Notes: a model not told the origin generated them from the sequence alone. 64,000 nt of DNA from Sphingomonadaceae bacterium (GCA_009926135.1 RFPL01000002.1:251285-315284); one strand, 5' to 3'; shown: positions 29,327 through 41,860, counted from the first letter of the stretch. Translations and numbers: made by a program.

Positions 29327-30492
29327 CAGGCGAGGCTCTCGATGAATTTCTGGAAAAGATAGAAGCTGTCCATCGGACCTGGGCTCGCCTCAGGGTGATA
29401 CTGCACCCCGAAGGCCTTCTTGCCCTTGATCGCGATGCCGCAGTTCGAACCGTCGAACAGGCTGACGTGGGTTTCCTCGACATTGTCCGGCAGCGCGGTG
29501 TTATCCACAGCGAAGCCGTGGTTCATCGAGGTGATCTCTACCACGCCGTCTGCCAGCCGCTTGACCGGATGGTTCGCGCCGCGGTGGCCCTGGTGCATCT
29601 TGGTGGTCTTGGCCCCGGCAGCGAGGCCGAGCATCTGGTGGCCGAGGCAGATCCCGAAGACCGGCACGTCCCGTTCCAGCAGGCCCTGGATCACTGGCAC
29701 GGCATAGGCTCCCGTCGCGGCCGGATCGCCCGGGCCGTTGGAAAGGAACACCCCGTCCGGCTCCAGCGCCAGCACACCGCTCAGCGGCGTCTGCGCGGGC
29801 ACGACGGTGACCTTGGCACCGGCCTTCACTAGGTTGCGGAAGATGTTGTCCTTCGCGCCGTAATCGATCGCCACCACGTGCGGCCGCTTGTCATGGGGTG
29901 AGCGAGCAAAGCCCTTGCCCAAAGTCCAGACGCCGCCTTCCCAGTTCTCGATCTCTTCGCGGCTGACCACACGGGCGAGGTCCATGCCTTCCAGCCCGGG
30001 CCAGTCCTGCGCGCGCTTGATCAGGGCGGGAATGTCGAACTTGCCGTCGGGCGCGTGGGCAATCACCGCATTGGGCGCGCCGGACAGCCGGATGCGGCGG
30101 GTCAGCGCGCGGGTGTCGATCCCGGCCAGGCCGATCTTGCCTTTGGCCGCCAGCCAATCGCCAAAGGTGCCTTGCGACCGGAAGTTGCTGGGCGCGGTCA
30201 CGTCTTCGCGCACCACACAGCCAACTGCACCATCGACGTGGCTCTCGAGGTCTTCCTCGTTCACGCCGACATTGCCGATGTGCGGGAACGTAAAGGTGAC
30301 GACTTGCCCGGCGTAAGACGGATCAGTCATTACTTCCTGATAACCGGTCATCGCGGTGTTGAAGCAGACCTCGCCCACCGCCGCTCCTGTGGCACCGAAG
30401 CCGTGGCCCCACAGGACTGCGCCATCGGCGAGCACAAGGACTCCCGTCGCACCCTGTGGTTGAGGTGCGTGCGAAGAGGCGGCGTCGGCCAT
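29326..30492 (-). CDS. carA: Carbamoyl-phosphate synthase small (glutaminase) subunit
   Basis: [21 protein letters not shown] and GICLGHQ are glutamine amidotransferase motifs. Its stop overlaps the carB ATG. Confidence 0.95.
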   Translation of the reverse strand: MADAASSHAPQPQGATGVLVLADGAVLWGHGFGATGAAVGEVCFNTAMTGYQEVMTDPSYAGQVVTFTFPHIGNVGVNEEDLESHVDGAVGCVVREDVTAPSNFRSQGTFGDWLAAKGKIGLAGIDTRALTRRIRLSGAPNAVIAHAPDGKFDIPALIKRAQDWPGLEGMDLARVVSREEIENWEGGVWTLGKGFARSPHDKRPHVVAIDYGAKDNIFRNLVKAGAKVTVVPAQTPLSGVLALEPDGVFLSNGPGDPAATGAYAVPVIQGLLERDVPVFGICLGHQMLGLAAGAKTTKMHQGHRGANHPVKRLADGVVEITSMNHGFAVDNTALPDNVEETHVSLFDGSNCGIAIKGKKAFGVQYHPEASPGPMDSFYLFQKFIESLA

Positions 30493-30629
30493 GGGGAGGC
30501 GCTCCGAGTAATGGGGTTCCAGCGATGTCGCTAAGGCATCGCCGCTAGAGAGCATGGCCCCCAGCGTCAACCTATGAATGGGCGAAAAATCCGGCTAGGC
30601 AGGATCTTTCCCCAATCCCGAGAGAGATA

Positions 30630-31082
30630 ATGCTCAGAGATACCATCAAGGCCGCCCAGATCGAGTCGATGAAGGCCGGCGACAAGGCGCGCCTCGCCGC
30701 GGTTCGCCTGATCCTGGCCAAGCTGAAAGACAAGGACATCGAACTGCGCACCGCCGCCAATGTTCCCGATGACGATGTGCTGGTGACCGACGTGCTGCAG
30801 AAGATGGCCAAGCAGCGCCGCGAATCGATCACCCTCTACGAAGAAGGCGGCCGGCAGGAACTGGCCGAGGTTGAAAAGGCCGAGCTGACCGTGATCGAAG
30901 CCTTCCTGCCCCAGCAAATGGGCGAGGACGAGGTCAAGGCCGCGATCGCCGCGATCATCGCTGAAACCGGCGCTGAGGGCATGAAGGACATGGGCAAGGT
31001 GGTCGCGGCGCTCAAGGCGAAGCACGGCACGCAGCTGGACATGGGCAAGGCTTCGGGCCTGGTCAAAGCCGCGCTGACCTGA
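30630..31082 (+). CDS. GatB/YqeY domain protein
   Basis: MLRDTIKAAQIESMKAGDKARL...LYEEGGRQELAEVEKAEL is the YqeY-like pattern. Confidence 0.85.
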   Translation: MLRDTIKAAQIESMKAGDKARLAAVRLILAKLKDKDIELRTAANVPDDDVLVTDVLQKMAKQRRESITLYEEGGRQELAEVEKAELTVIEAFLPQQMGEDEVKAAIAAIIAETGAEGMKDMGKVVAALKAKHGTQLDMGKASGLVKAALT

Positions 31083-32914
31083 TGGCACTCAGCCCGCAAT
31101 GGCTTGATGAACTCCGCGCCCGGGTGACGCTATCTGGCGTCATTTCCCGGACGACGCGGCTCACCAAGGCGGGGCATGAGTTCAAGGCCTGCTGCCCGTT
31201 CCATAACGAGAAGAGCCCGAGCTTCACGGTCAATGACCAGAAGGGCTTCTATCACTGCTTCGGCTGCGGCGCGCACGGCGACGTGATCCGCTGGATGACC
31301 GACCAGCGCGGCCTGTCGTTCATGGATGCGGTCAAGGAACTGGCCAGCGAGGCCGGGCTGGAGGTCCCCGCGCCCGATCCGCGCGCCGCCCAGGCGGCTG
31401 AGCAACGGGATGGCCTGCACGATGTGATGAAGGCCGCGCAGGACTGGTTCGTGGCCCAGCTGGCCGGGCCGGAGGGCGATAAGGCCCGCGCCTACCTCGC
31501 CACGCGCGGCTTTGATGCACACACGGTCCAACGCTTCGGCTTCGGCTATGCGCCTGAAGGCCGCCAGGCGCTGAAGGCCGCGTTGAAGGACTTGTCTGAA
31601 GCCAACCTAGTCGAGGCCGGCCTGCGGATCGCGGTTGAGGACAAGGACCCGTATGACCGGTTCCGGGGGCGGCTCATGCTGCCGATCGAGGATGCGCGTG
31701 GGCGAGTGATTGCCTTTGGTGGCCGGATCCTTGATGCCGCCAAGACCGACGCCCCCAAATACCTGAACTCGCCCGACACGCCTTTGTTCGACAAGGGCCG
31801 CACGCTCTACAACCTGCACCGCGCCGGGCCAGCCAGCCGTCAGACCGGGCGGGTCGTGGTGGTTGAAGGCTATATGGACGTGATCGCCCTCGCCTGCGCC
31901 GGGATTGCCGATGCGGTCGCACCGCTCGGCACGGCGCTGACCGAACGGCAGATCGAATTGCTGTGGCGGCTGGTAGAAACCCCGGTGCTGTGCTTCGATG
32001 GCGATGCCGCAGGGCAGCGCGCCGCCATGCGGGCAATCACCCGCGCCCTGCCCCTGTTACGCCCGGCTCATTCGCTCAAGATCGTGCGCCTGCCGCCCGG
32101 GCTCGATCCCGATGACCTGATCAAGCAGCAGGGTGTGGCCGCGATGGAGGCCCAACTGGCCAATGCCCGATCACTGGTCGAAGTGCTGTGGGAGCATGAG
32201 CGCGATGCCGCCCCGCTGGCGACGCCGGAGGACAAGGCTGGCCTGAAAGCGCGGCTGCTGGCTCATGTAGAGACGATTGCCGACCGTGATATCCAGTCGC
32301 TCTATCGGCGCGAACTGCTTGAGCGGTTTTCCGCCTTTGCTTTTCCGCGCCGTGAAGGCCGGGATTGGCGCAAGCCGATCGCTCCGGCGCGCCAAGGCCC
32401 GCGCACCCATCGCGCCCCGCCGCGCGATGCCCTCTCGGCGGCAATCCTGACCGGACTGATTCGCTTCCCGGACCAAATTCATCGTCATGCGGACGTGCTG
32501 GGCCAGGCCAATTTGCCCGATCCACGCTTTGAAGTGCTGCTGGATGCGGCAGACTTCGCTGCGCAGCTTGAAAGCGGCGCGATGGAACCCATATTGGCGG
32601 AACGGGGTATGGCTACCCCGACCCCTGAGGAATATGCCGCAATGCGCTTTGGCTTCCTGGCCGACGCCATTCCGCCGGAACAGGCCCGCGCCGAGCTGGC
32701 CCAGGCAATCCACCTGCTGGTCGAGCGCCCGGCGCTGGAAGCGGCATTGGCAGCTGCGACGAAGCGGTTTGAAAGCGACCTTTCCGAGGGGGCCTATGCC
32801 GAACAGCAACGGCTGTTGAAGAGAAAACTGGAATTCGATGCGCGCTTGCGGCAAATGGCCAGCGCGCGAGCGGGGGCGGCGCAGTCCTCCCCTGCCAAAC
32901 CAATGGCGGACTGA
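31082..32914 (+). CDS. dnaG: DNA primase
   Basis: Zinc finger [30 protein letters not shown] and TOPRIM motif [12 protein letters not shown]. Confidence 0.96.
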   Translation: MALSPQWLDELRARVTLSGVISRTTRLTKAGHEFKACCPFHNEKSPSFTVNDQKGFYHCFGCGAHGDVIRWMTDQRGLSFMDAVKELASEAGLEVPAPDPRAAQAAEQRDGLHDVMKAAQDWFVAQLAGPEGDKARAYLATRGFDAHTVQRFGFGYAPEGRQALKAALKDLSEANLVEAGLRIAVEDKDPYDRFRGRLMLPIEDARGRVIAFGGRILDAAKTDAPKYLNSPDTPLFDKGRTLYNLHRAGPASRQTGRVVVVEGYMDVIALACAGIADAVAPLGTALTERQIELLWRLVETPVLCFDGDAAGQRAAMRAITRALPLLRPAHSLKIVRLPPGLDPDDLIKQQGVAAMEAQLANARSLVEVLWEHERDAAPLATPEDKAGLKARLLAHVETIADRDIQSLYRRELLERFSAFAFPRREGRDWRKPIAPARQGPRTHRAPPRDALSAAILTGLIRFPDQIHRHADVLGQANLPDPRFEVLLDAADFAAQLESGAMEPILAERGMATPTPEEYAAMRFGFLADAIPPEQARAELAQAIHLLVERPALEAALAAATKRFESDLSEGAYAEQQRLLKRKLEFDARLRQMASARAGAAQSSPAKPMAD

Positions 32915-34935
32915 TGGACGAAGAAGACAACATCGGCGGCGGCAACGAGGGTGGTGACGCCCCGCTGATCGATCTCAATGAAGCATCGATCAAGAAGCTG
33001 ATCGCCCGGGCCAAGCGCCGCGGGGTGATCACTGTTGACGAGCTGAACGAAGCCCTGCCGCAAGACCAGATGACCTCCGAGCAGATCGAGGACATCATGG
33101 CCGCGATCAGCGAAATGGGCGTGAACATCGTCGAAAGCGACGAGGACGCGGTCGATCCGGATGAAAAAGAAGTCGAGGAAATCGACGAGCAGCCGGAAGG
33201 CATGGCTGAGCGGCCGGACCTGATCAAGCGCAAGGAAACGATCGAGCGCACCGACGATCCGGTGCGGATGTACCTGCGCGAAATGGGCGCGGTCGAATTG
33301 CTCAGCCGCGAGGGCGAAATCGCCATCGCCAAGCGAATCGAAGCCGGTCGCGACACGATGATCCTGGGCCTGTGCGAAAGCCCGATCACTTTCCACGCCA
33401 TCATCCAGTGGTCTGAAGCGCTCAACAACGAAGAGATGCAGCTGCGCGAGATCCTCGATCTCGACGCCATGCTCTCGAAGGAACCTGCGCCCGAAAGCCT
33501 CTCCGAAGATGGCGAGGCCGAAGGCGACGGCGAGATTACCGAAGCCACGGCCGGCCCTTCCTACAAGGAAGAGGAAGATATCGAGGAAGAGGAATCGGCT
33601 GACGAGGAAGATGAGGACGGCATCGAGCGCCGCGCCCGTCGTCCGGTCGAGGAAGAGGAAGAGGACAACACCCTCAGCCTCGCCCAGATGGAAGCCCAGC
33701 TCAAGCCGCACGCGCTTGAAAAGTTTGCCGAGATCACGGCGCTGTTCAAGAAGTTCGAAAAGCTTCAGGCCGAACGGCTCGACGTGATGGGCGCCGGCGG
33801 CGTGTTCTCCACCGCCAAGGAAAAGACCTATCAGCAGCTGCGCGAAGACCTGACCGCGCAGGTTGAATCGGTCCAGTTCCACGCCACCAAGATCGAATAC
33901 CTGGTCGACAATCTCTATGCCTTCAACCGGCGCCTCACCGCGCTCGGCGGGCAGATGCTGCGCCTGGCGGAACGCCACAAGGTGAACCGCAAAGACTTCC
34001 TCGACAGCTACGTCGGCCGTGAGCTTGACGATGCCTGGCTCCAGGCCATGGCGAGCAAGGACAAGAAGTGGGCGGCCTTTGCCGAAAACGAGGCCGACGC
34101 GGTTGAGCGCATCCGCGCCGAGATCGCCGACATCGCCTCTGCCACCGGCATGAGCCTCAACGAATTCCGCCGGATCGTGAATATGGTCCAGAAGGGCGAA
34201 CGCGAAGCGCGTATCGCCAAGAAGGAAATGGTCGAGGCGAACCTGCGGCTCGTGATCTCGATCGCCAAGAAGTATACGAACCGCGGCCTGCAGTTCCTTG
34301 ACCTGATCCAGGAAGGCAACATTGGCCTGATGAAGGCGGTCGACAAGTTCGAGTACCGCCGCGGCTACAAGTTCAGCACCTATGCGACCTGGTGGATCCG
34401 GCAGGCGATTACCCGGTCGATTGCCGACCAGGCCCGCACGATCCGTATCCCGGTCCACATGATCGAGACGATCAACAAGCTGGTCCGCACTTCACGCCAG
34501 TTCCTGCACGAGCAGGGCCGCGAGCCGACGCCCGAGGAAATGGCCGAGCGCCTGTCGATGCCGCTCGAAAAGGTCCGCAAGGTGATGAAGATCGCCAAGG
34601 AACCGATCTCCCTCGAAACCCCGATCGGGGACGAGGAAGATTCGCACCTGGGTGATTTCATCGAGGACAAGAACGCGATCATCCCGGTCGACGCTGCGAT
34701 CCAGGCCAACCTGAAGGAAACGGTTACCCGCGTCCTAGCCAGCCTGACCCCGCGCGAAGAACGCGTGCTGCGCATGCGCTTCGGGATCGGCATGAACACC
34801 GATCACACGCTGGAAGAAGTCGGCCAGCAATTCTCGGTAACCCGCGAACGTATCCGCCAGATCGAAGCCAAGGCGCTGCGCAAGCTCAAGCACCCGAGCC
34901 GGTCGCGCAAGATGCGGTCGTTCCTCGATCAGTAA
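32914..34935 (+). CDS. rpoD: RNA polymerase sigma-70 factor RpoD
   Basis: Regions 1.1 to 4.2 are present, including [12 protein letters not shown] and the [29 protein letters not shown] helix-turn-helix. Confidence 0.98.
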   Translation: MDEEDNIGGGNEGGDAPLIDLNEASIKKLIARAKRRGVITVDELNEALPQDQMTSEQIEDIMAAISEMGVNIVESDEDAVDPDEKEVEEIDEQPEGMAERPDLIKRKETIERTDDPVRMYLREMGAVELLSREGEIAIAKRIEAGRDTMILGLCESPITFHAIIQWSEALNNEEMQLREILDLDAMLSKEPAPESLSEDGEAEGDGEITEATAGPSYKEEEDIEEEESADEEDEDGIERRARRPVEEEEEDNTLSLAQMEAQLKPHALEKFAEITALFKKFEKLQAERLDVMGAGGVFSTAKEKTYQQLREDLTAQVESVQFHATKIEYLVDNLYAFNRRLTALGGQMLRLAERHKVNRKDFLDSYVGRELDDAWLQAMASKDKKWAAFAENEADAVERIRAEIADIASATGMSLNEFRRIVNMVQKGEREARIAKKEMVEANLRLVISIAKKYTNRGLQFLDLIQEGNIGLMKAVDKFEYRRGYKFSTYATWWIRQAITRSIADQARTIRIPVHMIETINKLVRTSRQFLHEQGREPTPEEMAERLSMPLEKVRKVMKIAKEPISLETPIGDEEDSHLGDFIEDKNAIIPVDAAIQANLKETVTRVLASLTPREERVLRMRFGIGMNTDHTLEEVGQQFSVTRERIRQIEAKALRKLKHPSRSRKMRSFLDQ

Positions 34936-34946
34936 ATAGCCGGGTC

Positions 34947-36533
34947 TTACCTGGTGACGAGGGCGGCGTCGATCTGACGAAGATCGACGCCCTTCGTTTC
35001 TCGGCAATAGCGCAGCACCAGGATCATCCCGCCTAATGCCGGGATGATCGCAGCACCGGCCGCAAGGCTGAGCGAGGGTACCATCGCCGCGATCCCGAGC
35101 GCCTGAGCGCCCAGCCCGCCCGCCTTGGTGCAGGCCGCAATCCACCCGGTTGCACGGCCACGGATGCTCAGCGGATAGCTCTCGGCCGCATAAGGCAGGA
35201 TAATCGCCAGCATGGCGTTGGTGCCGATGATCAGCAGCGCCAACAAGCCGATTGGTGATAGCCCGGCGTTGGCGCGCAGCGCGATCACGCCGACCAGTCC
35301 GGCGATGGTCACCATGGTCACCGCAACCAGCGACAGCCGGGTGCTCCAGCGGCTGTAGAGCACCGCGACCGCAATCACTGTCGGCACCGCGATCAGCGCT
35401 GACTTAGCGATCAGCCCGGAAGCCTCGGCCAGTTTCGCCCCGTTGGCGACAAGTTCAGCCGGCAGCCACAGCAGCACGCCGAAGTTGATGAAACCCCAGC
35501 ATAGCGCCAACAGGCTGAGCGCCACCGTCGTTCCCGCCAGCCCGCGCGACCAGATTCCGCCTACTGGTGCAGATTCTACCGCATGGAGCGGCGCGAAATC
35601 GACGTCCTCTTCTTCGACGCCGTGTTGATGGCTGACAGTACCAAAGCGGGCCATGACCGCCTGCGCCTCGACATTGCGGCCGCGCGCCAGCAGGAACTTG
35701 GCTGATTCGGGAATGAACCGGCCGAGCAACAGCAGCATCAGCCCGGTCGGCAGGTTGAGCAGCCACAGGATGCGCCAGCTGAACAGCGGCTCGAGCCAGG
35801 CCGAAAAGCCGCTGGCCGCGAAATAACCGCCGGACGCCCCCAGGCCGCCGACGAGGACCAGCGCCCAGCCCCGGTGCCGGCTGGGCATGGCCTCGGCCAG
35901 CAGGGCATAAGTCACGGGAAGCATCCCGCCCGCTGCCGCGCCCATCAGGAAGCACATGGCGATGTTCCATTCGAGACTGGGCATCGCCCCGCAGATCGAG
36001 GTGCCGACGAACATGATCGCGGAGAGCATGATCGAGGCCTTGCGGCCATAGAGGTCGGCCGCGATGCCCCAGATCACCGAGCCGAGCACCGTGCCCGTCA
36101 GTGCGGCAAACGGCATCAGCGCGCCGGTTGCCTTCGAAACCCCATATTCCGCCGTCAGTCCGGGCATTACGAAGCCAAGCGCGGCCGGCTTCATCACATC
36201 GATCATGAGCGCGATGACGAGCACGAACATCAATCCAAAATGGGCCGGGACCAGCGCGGCATCCTCGGGCGCGGCAACGCTGATATGGCGGGCGGCCCGA
36301 ACGTGTTCTGCCAGGTTGCGGGGCAGGAGCCCGATTGCGGAGCAGGCAATCCCGATCACGATCAGGATCATGCCTGCGATCATCGGGCTGTCCATCGTCA
36401 TCCCGGCGAGGCGGAAACCGTCCATCCGTCCCATCCAGAACATCGGCAGATGCAGCAGCACACCGATGGTGACGGCCGCCGCGCCAGCGGCAAAAATCCA
36501 GGGGCTCGAGCGGTCTGTTAGGGACAGTTGCAT
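34947..36533 (-). CDS. MFS transporter
   Basis: Many TM helices and the loop motif DLYGRKASIM. ATG 36533 is chosen over the track's upstream extension. Confidence 0.85.
   Translation of the reverse strand: MQLSLTDRSSPWIFAAGAAAVTIGVLLHLPMFWMGRMDGFRLAGMTMDSPMIAGMILIVIGIACSAIGLLPRNLAEHVRAARHISVAAPEDAALVPAHFGLMFVLVIALMIDVMKPAALGFVMPGLTAEYGVSKATGALMPFAALTGTVLGSVIWGIAADLYGRKASIMLSAIMFVGTSICGAMPSLEWNIAMCFLMGAAAGGMLPVTYALLAEAMPSRHRGWALVLVGGLGASGGYFAASGFSAWLEPLFSWRILWLLNLPTGLMLLLLGRFIPESAKFLLARGRNVEAQAVMARFGTVSHQHGVEEEDVDFAPLHAVESAPVGGIWSRGLAGTTVALSLLALCWGFINFGVLLWLPAELVANGAKLAEASGLIAKSALIAVPTVIAVAVLYSRWSTRLSLVAVTMVTIAGLVGVIALRANAGLSPIGLLALLIIGTNAMLAIILPYAAESYPLSIRGRATGWIAACTKAGGLGAQALGIAAMVPSLSLAAGAAIIPALGGMILVLRYCRETKGVDLRQIDAALVTR
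34965..34999 (+). terminator. Likely rpoD intrinsic terminator lying inside the 3' coding end of the convergent MFS gene
   Basis: GGCGTCGATC (34965-34974) / GATCGACGCC (34982-34991): perfect 10-bp stem with a 7-nt loop, followed by CTTCGTTTC. Confidence 0.5.
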
Positions 36534-36653
36534 GGCCGGGTGGTACCAGCCCATCAAGAGCGCGCAAGCCGCATAGGTTTGGAGTAGCAAAAGGTGCCGG
36601 AAACCTGCTGCTGGGGCTGGCCTTGCGTCCTATTGGGGACTATTGGCGCGACC

Positions 36654-37091
36654 ATGCGTATCGCCATTGCCTCTGATCACGCCGCCGTCGACCTGAAGGC
36701 GGAGCTGCGCGACTATCTTATCGAGCTGGGTCACGAAGTGGCTGACCTCGGGCCGGAAACGGCCGACCGGGTCGACTATCCCGATTATGGCTATCTGCTG
36801 GCCTCAGTCGTGGCCGATGGCACGGCGGAGCGCGGCGTGGCGCTGTGCGGCAGCGGCATCGGCATTTCGATCGCGGTCAACCGCAACCCGGCCTGCCGAG
36901 CGGCGCTGGTCTCCGAACCGCTGTCGGCCACTCTGGCCCGCGAACACAATGACGCCAATGTCATCGCCATGGGGGCCCGCCTGACTGGCAGCGACATGGC
37001 GAAAGCCTGTCTTGACGCCTTTCTCGCCGCCAGCTTTGGCGGCGGTCGCCACGCTGGCCGTGTCAACAAACTCTCCAATCCGCCCGCTTGA
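36654..37091 (+). CDS. rpiB: Ribose-5-phosphate isomerase B
   Basis: [15 protein letters not shown]...[17 protein letters not shown]... Confidence 0.92.
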   Translation: MRIAIASDHAAVDLKAELRDYLIELGHEVADLGPETADRVDYPDYGYLLASVVADGTAERGVALCGSGIGISIAVNRNPACRAALVSEPLSATLAREHNDANVIAMGARLTGSDMAKACLDAFLAASFGGGRHAGRVNKLSNPPA

Positions 37092-37102
37092 GGAGCCCTG
37101 CC

Positions 37103-38413
<1,311 letters not shown>

Positions 38414-38416
38414 GCC

Positions 38417-38632
38417 ATGACCGATCCCAACCGCCCGAACGACCTGCTGTCCGAAGCCCGCGACGAAATCGTCGGCATGGGCAAGCAGGGGATGGCACAT
38501 CCCTCGACCAAGCCCGTGCTGACCGGCGCTGCAGTTGGTGCCGTTGCCGCGGCGGTTCTGCCCGTCATCACTTGGCCGGTGGGGCTGCTCGCCGGCGCCG
38601 GGTTCATGCTGTACAAGCGACTGCGTCCGTAA
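38417..38632 (+). CDS. Small Gly/Ala-rich membrane protein, unknown family
   Basis: 71 GC3-rich codons that fill the glyA-nrdR gap exactly (3 nt on each side). Hydrophobic segment LTGAAVGAVAAAVLPVITWPVGLLAGAGFML. Confidence 0.55.
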   Translation: MTDPNRPNDLLSEARDEIVGMGKQGMAHPSTKPVLTGAAVGAVAAAVLPVITWPVGLLAGAGFMLYKRLRP

Positions 38633-38635
38633 GGC

Positions 38636-39112
38636 ATGCGCTGCCCGTTCTGTGCTCATGACAACAGCCAGGTAAAGGATTCGCGGCCCACCGAGGATAA
38701 CACCTCGATCCGCCGTCGCCGCCAGTGCGAAGGGTGCGGAGCGCGCTTCACCACGTTCGAACGCGTCCAGTTGCGCGAGATCACCGTGGTGAAATCGGGC
38801 GGAGTTGATGGGCAATCTCGGCGCGAACACTTTGACCGCTCCAAGATCGAGCAATCCGTCTCGCTGGCCTGCCGCAAGCGCGGCATTGCCCAGGAGCGAC
38901 TGGACCAGCTCGTTTCAGGCATCCAGCGCCAGGTTGAAACGCTCGGCGAGCCTGAGGTGAGTGCCAAGCAGATCGGCGAGATGGTAATGGACGGCCTGCG
39001 CCAGCTCGACAGTGTCGCCTACATCCGCTTCGCCTCGGTCTATCGCGATTTCAGCGAGGCCAGGGATTTCGAAGAATTCGCGAGCGCGGTGCAGGATGCT
39101 GCCAAACAGTAA
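38636..39112 (+). CDS. nrdR: Transcriptional repressor NrdR
   Basis: Zinc ribbon [17 protein letters not shown]...[12 protein letters not shown] plus an ATP-cone. Confidence 0.96.
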   Translation: MRCPFCAHDNSQVKDSRPTEDNTSIRRRRQCEGCGARFTTFERVQLREITVVKSGGVDGQSRREHFDRSKIEQSVSLACRKRGIAQERLDQLVSGIQRQVETLGEPEVSAKQIGEMVMDGLRQLDSVAYIRFASVYRDFSEARDFEEFASAVQDAAKQ

Positions 39113-39824
39113 GCCCCCCGTCATCGTGCTGGTCCGCCCCCAGTTGGGCGAGAATATCGGCAAGGCCGCGCGCGCCATGCTCAATTTCGGGCTGACCGAG
39201 ATGCGCCTGGTCACGCCGCGCGATGGCTGGCCCAATCCCAGCGCCGGTCCGGCGGCTGCCGGCGGAGACATCGTGCTGGAACAGGCGCAAGTGTTTGAAA
39301 GCCTTGCCGATGCGGTCATGGACTGCGCCCATGTCTATGCCACGACCGTGCGCAAGCGCGGGGTGACCAAGCCCGTGGTCGATGCCGAACAGGCCGCGCG
39401 CGCGATCCATGCGGAGCCGGGGCGATCGGCATATGTATTCGGGCCGGAACGCTCAGGCCTTGAAACCGACGACGTAGCGCTCGCCCGCGCGATCCTGACG
39501 GTGCCGATCAACCCCGAGTTTGGCTCCCTTAACCTGGCCCAGGCCGTGATCCTGTGCGCCTATGAATGGTCGAAGCAGGAACGGCTGACCCAGCCAACGA
39601 TCGAGGAACTGCTGCCACCGGCGCCGCAGGAGGAGCTGGAAGGCATGATCGGCCAGCTTGAAGCCATGCTTGAGCCACGCGGCTATTACCTGCCGGCCAT
39701 TCGTGCGGCAGCGACACGGCGGACCCTGCGCGGGGTGCTGACCAAGCCGGGCTGGAACCACCTAGAAGTGCGGACCCTGCGCGGCGTGCTCTCGCACTTG
39801 GCGAAGGAACCTCGCGACGACTGA
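39096..39824 (+). CDS. SpoU/TrmH-family RNA methyltransferase (TrmJ-like)
   Basis: [25 protein letters not shown] and FGPERSGL...[11 protein letters not shown] 39096 overlaps the nrdR end by 17 nt. Confidence 0.85.
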   Translation: MLPNSKPPVIVLVRPQLGENIGKAARAMLNFGLTEMRLVTPRDGWPNPSAGPAAAGGDIVLEQAQVFESLADAVMDCAHVYATTVRKRGVTKPVVDAEQAARAIHAEPGRSAYVFGPERSGLETDDVALARAILTVPINPEFGSLNLAQAVILCAYEWSKQERLTQPTIEELLPPAPQEELEGMIGQLEAMLEPRGYYLPAIRAAATRRTLRGVLTKPGWNHLEVRTLRGVLSHLAKEPRDD

Positions 39825-39923
39825 CGGGCACTCATTGCGCCGGAATCGACGTTCGTCGATTTGGATTTTGCCGGGATGACCTGATTGCGGCATAGGCGCG
39901 CCTCCCACACGGAGCTTCAATCC

Positions 39924-40190
39924 ATGCGCCTTGCCACCACCGTTCTTGCCCTTGCCATGATGACCGGGACTACCCCCCTGCTGGCTGCCGATGCGCCTGC
40001 CCCGGAAGCAACCAAGGCCGCAAAGCCGAAGATGATCTGCCGCCCCCTGCCCGCTCGGACGGGCAGCCACCGCCCGCAAGGCCGCATTTGCAAGACCGCC
40101 GAGGAATGGCGCATCCGGGATCGTGATGTCTATGTGCAGGGCCCGCTAGAAGACCAGACCAAGGTCGAGCCAGTCGGCCCCAAGATCTGA
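39924..40190 (+). CDS. Small secreted protein, unknown family
   Basis: Signal peptide MRLATTVLALAMMTGTTPLLAADA, two Cys residues, and GGAG upstream. Confidence 0.5.
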   Translation: MRLATTVLALAMMTGTTPLLAADAPAPEATKAAKPKMICRPLPARTGSHRPQGRICKTAEEWRIRDRDVYVQGPLEDQTKVEPVGPKI

Positions 40191-40372
40191 AGTCGGGAAA
40201 CAGCGCATTTCCGCTTGAATTTCGCCCCCGGCACAGCTAGGGGCGCCACTTCGCAATTGACCCTGCACTCCGGTGAAGCAGCGGTCGCACACGGCAATTG
40301 GCCGGGTGGTGCGGTTCCGGACCAGAAGCCCAGGGCAGTTCCAGGGCATGCAAATTGAAGGACAGACGCGCC

Positions 40373-40987
40373 ATGTCGAAGCGCAAGTCATCGAAGTATA
40401 AAATTGACCGCCGGATGGGCGAGAACATCTGGGGCCGCCCGAAGAGCTCGGTTAACCGCCGCTCCTACGGCCCCGGTCAGCACGGCCAGCGCCGCAAGAG
40501 CAAGGTGTCGGACTTCGGCATCCAGCTGCGCGCCAAGCAGAAGCTCAAGGGCTACTACGGCGACGTGACCGAAAAGCAGTTTAAGCGCACTTACCAGGAA
40601 GCGTCGTCGATGAAGGGCGATACCGGTCAGAACCTGATCGGCCTGCTCGAACAGCGCCTCGACATGGTCGTGTACCGCGCCAAGTTCGCGCCGACCATCT
40701 TCTCGGCCCGTCAGGTCGTTTCGCACGGTCACATCTATGTGAACGGCGTGAAGTGCAACATCGCCAGCCGCCGCGTGCGTCCGGGCGATGTCATCAGCCT
40801 CGGCAAGAAGGCCAAGGAAATGGCCCTGATCGCTGAAGCCCAGACCCTGGCCGAGCGTGAAATTCCGGACTACGTCGCACCCGACGGCACCGACAAGATC
40901 ACCTTCGTGCGCGTTCCGACGCTCGACGAAGTGCCTTATCCGGTGAAGATGGAACCGAACCTCGTGGTCGAGTTCTACTCGCGCTAA
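40373..40987 (+). CDS. rpsD: 30S ribosomal protein S4
   Basis: [25 protein letters not shown]...[11 protein letters not shown]... and an S4 RNA-binding domain. Confidence 0.97.
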   Translation: MSKRKSSKYKIDRRMGENIWGRPKSSVNRRSYGPGQHGQRRKSKVSDFGIQLRAKQKLKGYYGDVTEKQFKRTYQEASSMKGDTGQNLIGLLEQRLDMVVYRAKFAPTIFSARQVVSHGHIYVNGVKCNIASRRVRPGDVISLGKKAKEMALIAEAQTLAEREIPDYVAPDGTDKITFVRVPTLDEVPYPVKMEPNLVVEFYSR

Positions 40988-41011
40988 GCGATACGCCGGC
41001 AACGGATACAG

Positions 41012-41041
41012 AAAAGGGCGGTCCCGCGGGGCCGCCCTTTT
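41012..41041. terminator. Bidirectional rho-independent terminator between rpsD and the aldolase gene
   Basis: AAAAGGGCGG (41012-41021) / CCGCCCTTTT (41032-41041): perfect 10-bp arms, with additional pairing inside the loop. A-run and T-run flanks suit both strands. Confidence 0.8.
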
Positions 41042-41059
41042 CGATTCAGGCTTTGCCGC

Positions 41060-41854
41060 TCAGTCGCGGAACGAAGGGTCAATCCGATCAAGCTTGCGCA
41101 ACAGCGCCGGCCAGGCCAGCCCGTTCGCCAACATGCCGATCCCGGCGGGCGGAGTCTGGGACTTGACCTTTTCCGGGGTGCCTTGCGGCGGGTTATTGAG
41201 CCCATCACGCCCGGCCGACAGCATCTTTACCTGTGCGTCACAGGCCCGCTCCAGGAAGTAGAGCCGCAAGAAGCATTCGCCCACCGTCTTGCCGATCGCC
41301 AGCGTGCCGTGATTGCGCAGGATCATCACGTGCTTGTCACCCATGTCCTCGACCAGGCGGTCGCGCTCCTCCAGGTCGGTCGCGATACCTTCATAGTCGT
41401 GATAGGCGATGTCCGATCCGGCGATCATCGCGGTCTGCGTGTGCGGCATCAGCCCTTCCGACATGGCGCTGACGGCCTGCCCGGCCGGCGTGTGGAGGTG
41501 CATCACCGCGTGGGCATCCTCGCAATTCATGTGCAGTGCGGAATGAATCGTGAACCCGGCTGGATTGACCGGGTGGGCGGTTGGCATCACCGGCTGGCCT
41601 TCGACATCAATCTTGACGAGCGAGGAGGCAGTGATCTCCTCGAACATCATGTCATAGGGATTGATCAGGAAGTGGTGCTCCGGCCCCGGCACGCGCGCCG
41701 AAAGGTGGGTGAAGATCAGATCGTCCCAACCGTACAGCGCAACCAGCCGATAGGCTGCCGCGAGGTCAACCCGGGCCGCCCACTCTTCCGCGCTGACCGA
41801 ACCGCGGACGTGATCGTCATTCGAGACCGATTTTGTATCCAGCACAGTGGCCAT
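41060..41854 (-). CDS. Class II aldolase/adducin family protein
   Basis: LIFTHLSARVP...VMHLHTPAGQAVSAM...ILRNHG. Confidence 0.88.
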   Translation of the reverse strand: MATVLDTKSVSNDDHVRGSVSAEEWAARVDLAAAYRLVALYGWDDLIFTHLSARVPGPEHHFLINPYDMMFEEITASSLVKIDVEGQPVMPTAHPVNPAGFTIHSALHMNCEDAHAVMHLHTPAGQAVSAMSEGLMPHTQTAMIAGSDIAYHDYEGIATDLEERDRLVEDMGDKHVMILRNHGTLAIGKTVGECFLRLYFLERACDAQVKMLSAGRDGLNNPPQGTPEKVKSQTPPAGIGMLANGLAWPALLRKLDRIDPSFRD

Positions 41855-41860
41855 CCAAAC

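Noticed and set aside
27296-29362. 688-aa plus-strand ORF
   Set aside because: It is antisense to carB, whose identity is certain. It has low-complexity Arg/Asp/Gly-rich composition and no recognisable motifs.
33566-33670. GAGGAAGA-rich purine tract
   Set aside because: It encodes the acidic non-conserved spacer of sigma-70 ([17 protein letters not shown]...EEEEEDN). This is a normal feature of RpoD, not a microsatellite or regulatory repeat.
32613-34458. 311-aa and 554-aa minus-strand ORFs
   Set aside because: Both are antisense to rpoD. The Ser/Arg-rich and Asp/Leu-rich compositions mirror the acidic sigma-70 sequence.
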